Made by a program: the position numbers and the translations under genes. A DNA stretch of 64,000 nt from NCBI GenBank assembly GCA_013239625.1, contig MU053810.1:4310071-4374070 (forward strand). The letters are read 5' to 3'. The notes under the pieces are model-generated. The model was given only the letters and a program-made list of their open reading frames with translations. It ran no database searches and was not told the DNA's origin. Shown piece by piece: positions 57,043-64,000 of this stretch. Position 1 is the stretch's first letter, and the number at the start of each line of letters is the position of its first letter. Origin of the DNA: Lama guanicoe. Its lineage: Eukaryota.

Positions 57043-60019
57043 ATTCTAAGATTCTCCTAATGTTCTAGTTTTACTTTTGAGAAAAGTGAAGGTCAGAAAG
57101 TAAAATAATTGGCTCTAGGTCTCAGTGAATCAAGATTCCAGCTCAGTTCTATCTGCATTCAAATGCCACAGCTTTTCTAGTCTGCTGTGTATATGTAACC
57201 TCACAGACCAGACTCTTTTCATGTATCCAGTGCTCCCTTCCTGTTTATGTGGCTTTCCATGTGGAAATCATTAATCCCCTTTCTTGCCATTGAACATAGT
57301 CCTTGGGAGAACCACACAGCTAACTTTTTTGTTTTCTTTCCCCCACACGAAGCAGACTGGGACCAAGATAAACATATAAAAATTTGTATCCACTTACTTA
57401 GGACACCAGACATGACTTTTGTGGGCTAATATGTACATTTAATCAAGGTAACTTAAAGGATTGGAAGAATTTATGCGCCATCCAAAAAGGCTGATTTTCT
57501 CCTGGGAAATAGCTTGCACACAGGGATTACCATCCTTGTTCCAAGAGAATGATTGCTCAACAATTGTTGGACCAAATTCTGTAATAAGCAGAGACTAAGC
57601 AGTGGAACACTGGGCTTGTGTCCAACTGATACCATGTGGACACACAGCACTCATCCTCCATCATCTGTTAGCCAGCTTTGCCTTCTTCTGGAAACTTCAT
57701 TTGTCCTTACCCATAGAACCACACTTTTTTTTTTTGAGGTGGAAATGTTTCTGTTCTCTTATTTTACATTTATGCTATAGCCATCACCACCCATGTGCTC
57801 TAGACCTTTCTGTCTCCCCGTCATCTCTATGTGCTCAGCAGGTCTCTTGTAAAGGTAGGAACATGGTGAAATTCAAGTCTGTAAAAGGCAGTCCTACTGC
57901 GATCTTTTCTTGAAACCACAAGGGGCTGTAATAATGTCTACTGCTGAGAGAAATTGCCTCCCATCAAGTACTACAAACAGGGCAATTCTAAATACCCGGA
58001 ATCAGCTGGGGATTCAAGAGTTCCTCTCTCATGGCAGTGTTAACAAGACTCTTCAATACTCTTCTTGGCCCTTTTCTTCCATCTAGGAATGAGGCACTAG
58101 GATTTGGAAGATCCAAGTCTCAGCTTTAGCTCTGCCATTTAGGATTCCTTAGCCACCTCCAGCCTCTGTTTCCTAATCTACAAAATGGGGAGAATAACAC
58201 TGGACTTGCCTGCTTCATAGTGTTGTCATGAGGAACAAATGAGCTAATATGTGTGAACCTGTAAACCATAAAACATTCCATAAATGTAAGCTGTTAATAT
58301 TATAATTATGACCCATGGATTGAGATACAATTGGGTGTTTTCACTTCAGCTCTCTATGACCAGCCATCATTTCAAGCAGGAGGACTTGGCTCGATGATGT
58401 AGAAACACATCGCTGAGTGTCAGTGGCATCTCCATATCACCTGACTGCCTCCACTCACAGAATGACAAAGGGCAACAACACAGATCTCAGGGATTTCACA
58501 CGGGAGGTTCTAATAGCATCACTTCTTGTCTGCTTTCCAGAAGACAGTGGAGAAATTCTGTAATTCTGTTCATTTGATGACATCTTAAATATTATTAAAA
58601 GACTAACTTTAGGACTGGGCTCTTAGCAAACATCAGGTACATGGTCTAGAAGGTGTCACATAATGGCTAAGGGGTCGGTGCTCTGGAGTCTGCCCAATGT
58701 TCTAACAGTATTTTAGTTGGGATTGCACTTGTTTATGCTATCAGGTCAAATTAATCTTGAAATATTGGTAGTTTAACCTACTGTAAGTTTATTTGATCTC
58801 TTATGTAAAATCTGAAGCAGGTCAATAACAATTCTCTGCTCCATCTTTGGTGTCTCAGGAATTCAGGCTCCTCCCAACTTGAGACACTGCTATCTCAACA
58901 TATGACCTCCAGATTTGCCAAGAAAAGGGGAAAAGCTAGTATAAAATTGACCCACCAGCTCTTGAATGCCTTGGCTGCGATGTGCCACCCACCCTTCCCA
59001 TTCATGTTGCATGGGCTGGAGAAGTCTTCTAGTTCTGCCTAATTACCAGCCTGGGTAGCATGGGCCACCCATGTTGCCAGGAAGTAGTGGGGACTCACTA
59101 TGAAGAAGCATTCAGGGTCCCTACTGTACCCAGCTTCACTCTCTTCTTAGCTAAGGGAGTTTGGGCAAGTTAGGTTTCCTTATGTATAAAATAGAAGTAA
59201 TAGTAATTTCTCCCTCACGTGGCTGTTGGGCAGATGGATCAAGTGAAATGTACATAAAACACTTAGCAGAAGCCCTGGCACAGAACACGGACATAATACA
59301 CGTTAGGTGTGATTGCTGTTAGTGATTCAGATTGGCCTAATAGTCAATTGTATTAGGAGCTGATTTCGAAATTATTTCAAGGAGAGCCTTCAGCGCTAAA
59401 ATCAGTTTATTTCCAGGAGGCTTTGAGGTTTTTTTCCAACAACAACTGAAACATTAGAGTTTCATAATTTCTTATTGAAGCTCTTCTCTTGCTATAAAAC
59501 CAATATTCTCTTGATGTAGGTCAGTTTTCTCCAAAGACCAGATGAAAATGCATTTGTGTGATATGGTATCAGCTGTTCGAAGGGTTGGTCATTTTCTGTG
59601 TCAATTGACCAAGACCAAGATGTGATTTTTTTTTCTTTCAGGTGCCTATTTTGTTTGTATTTAAAGCCAACTGGAGCTTTCTTTCTCTAGTAAGTCAAAA
59701 TTGCCAGAAAGATTAGACCAGATGTATTCAGCAGGCAGAAAAATTCTTATGCGTCCTGGCCACTGGTTCACCCCTCAATGAAAAGCGAGGGAAAATGAAC
59801 ATGTACTGATTACCTGCTCTGAGCTCTTGATGTGTCATTTCATTTAATCATCGCAGTTCATCTGTGAGATTGGTACCATCCCTCAGTTTGTAGATGAGAA
59901 ACTGAGTCTCGGGGAGGAGATCTTCAGAGCTAGTAAATGGCAGGTCTTGGATTTTGAGCCATGCTTTGAGGGAGGGGGGAAAAGTCATCAGAAGAATATA
60001 CACTTTGCAATGAGAGAAA

Positions 60020-60133
60020 GGTGAGTTTGAATCCCGGTTTTGCCTCTTACCAACACTGGATCTTGATTAAGTTACTTAATCCCGTTTATCCATCTGTACA
60101 TAATGAAGGAAGTAATATCAACAGTAATGACCA
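60020..60133 (+). mobile_element. MIR fragment directly upstream of the FSCN1 insertion site
   Basis: gtgagtttgaatcccggttttgcc...aagttacttaatcccgtttatccatctgta. Confidence 0.55.
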
Positions 60134-62706
<2,573 letters not shown>

Positions 62707-62719
62707 AACAGTAATGGCC

Positions 62720-62965
62720 AATACATATAGGGCTTATCGGCAGGAAGTTTTACATGGCTTACTCTTCCAAGTTCTTTTAATGCACTTTATGTATACTAAC
62801 CTAATTAATCTACACAACTATGTCATTGAGATGGGCAACATCATTATCCCCATTTTACAGAAGACAGAACTGAAACACTCAGGGATTAAGCAGCTTGCCC
62901 AACGGCCATGTCCGATGGCCAGTAATCAGTAGAGTGTAAATTCAAACCAAAGTTTTCTGACTCCC
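62720..62965 (-). mobile_element. MIR SINE
   Basis: attatccccattttacagaagacagaactgaaac core. Confidence 0.7.
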
Positions 62966-64000
62966 CGCCCCCTGCCACCCCACCACCACCCTGTCTGAGT
63001 CCTTAGGTCCCAGCTGTCCTCTGTTCAAGGTAATAATGCTGGCAGAACAAATTAGCAAACACATGAAGTGCTGTGCCCACCCACAGGAGGGCCTCGGTGA
63101 ATACACGTCATTATCAACATCATCTGCAATACTGACATGGTATTTCCAAGGGGGGTCTTCCCTCTGAGAAGGGGCAACCTGGCCTGAGGACCTCTGACCA
63201 CTGACCTAACTGTGAATGACTCTTCATTCCCTTAATCCATCAAAATGCATCCCTCTCACCCATTACATAGTCATGAATTCTGTCTTTCTGTGGAACAGGC
63301 ATATGTAAATTCTCTTATCTTAAGAAAAACAAATTTGGGGTGGGACTGTCCAGTCTCCATTAGTCTATGTCAGGCAGGTTGTCTGCCCAGTGGAAAGGCT
63401 GTGGGTGATGAAATGCAAGGAGATTAAGGACCCAAATCATGGCATTTGAGACCATCCCCCAATAGGTGTGTTACCTGGATAGTTTAACTGCTTGGAGATT
63501 TTATCATATATTTGGTTTTTGCTAGTGGTGAGCTTAACTATAATCTTCATAAACTGATTCACCATTATTCCTCTTGTTAGCTCGAATCGTTAAGAATGAT
63601 TCCTCGTTTCCTTTTAGTCCATTTCATCACAGAATCTAAGAGATGGAGAGAAGCGCTCTTTTCAGATGAGCAGTTAAATGGACAGGAACAATAAGAGAAA
63701 ATGTGGAAGGCCTGAAATCTCTAGACTAGTTATGACATCTGATGACTTTGGAGGAAACTGTAAGATGGAACTACTTGCTAGCTGAACGTAAAGATAATAC
63801 ACTAGTATTGACTACAGAGAGCAGTCGTATAAGTTTCTAGGAAAATATTTCCCTAACCTCCAGGCAAAAGCATAGACTCAGTGAAGACAGATAAGTCTCA
63901 GAATCGTTTCCTTAGGTGAATCCATAAGGGAGCTACAATTTATGAACACGTCTAATGGCCCCATCTTCATCTTCTTCCTCTAACACTGAATAAAATAAAA

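Overview
Mammalian, most likely camelid, genomic DNA (three copies of a Vic-1-like tRNA-derived SINE plus camelid/artiodactyl-type L1 3' ends). I found no intact protein-coding host gene. The window holds four essentially full-length, intronless, decayed retrocopies within about 58 kb, in alternating orientation: PLLP (-), DGKZ (+), VASP (-) and FSCN1 (+). Three have clear target-site duplications (TSDs). An old L1 at 6.9-11.1 kb carries a nested rearrangement: a perfect minus-strand 5' half of tRNA-His(GTG) with 14 nt of apparent leader sits between 61-bp direct repeats, and a second piece of the same tRNA+leader sits at the junction of a 2,019-bp tandem duplication. The rest is typical interspersed repeat (L1, MIR, MLT1, ERV1 solo LTRs, Tigger/MER2) and microsatellites. 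Gene and repeat identities come from my recall of human proteins and repeat consensuses, not from database searches.
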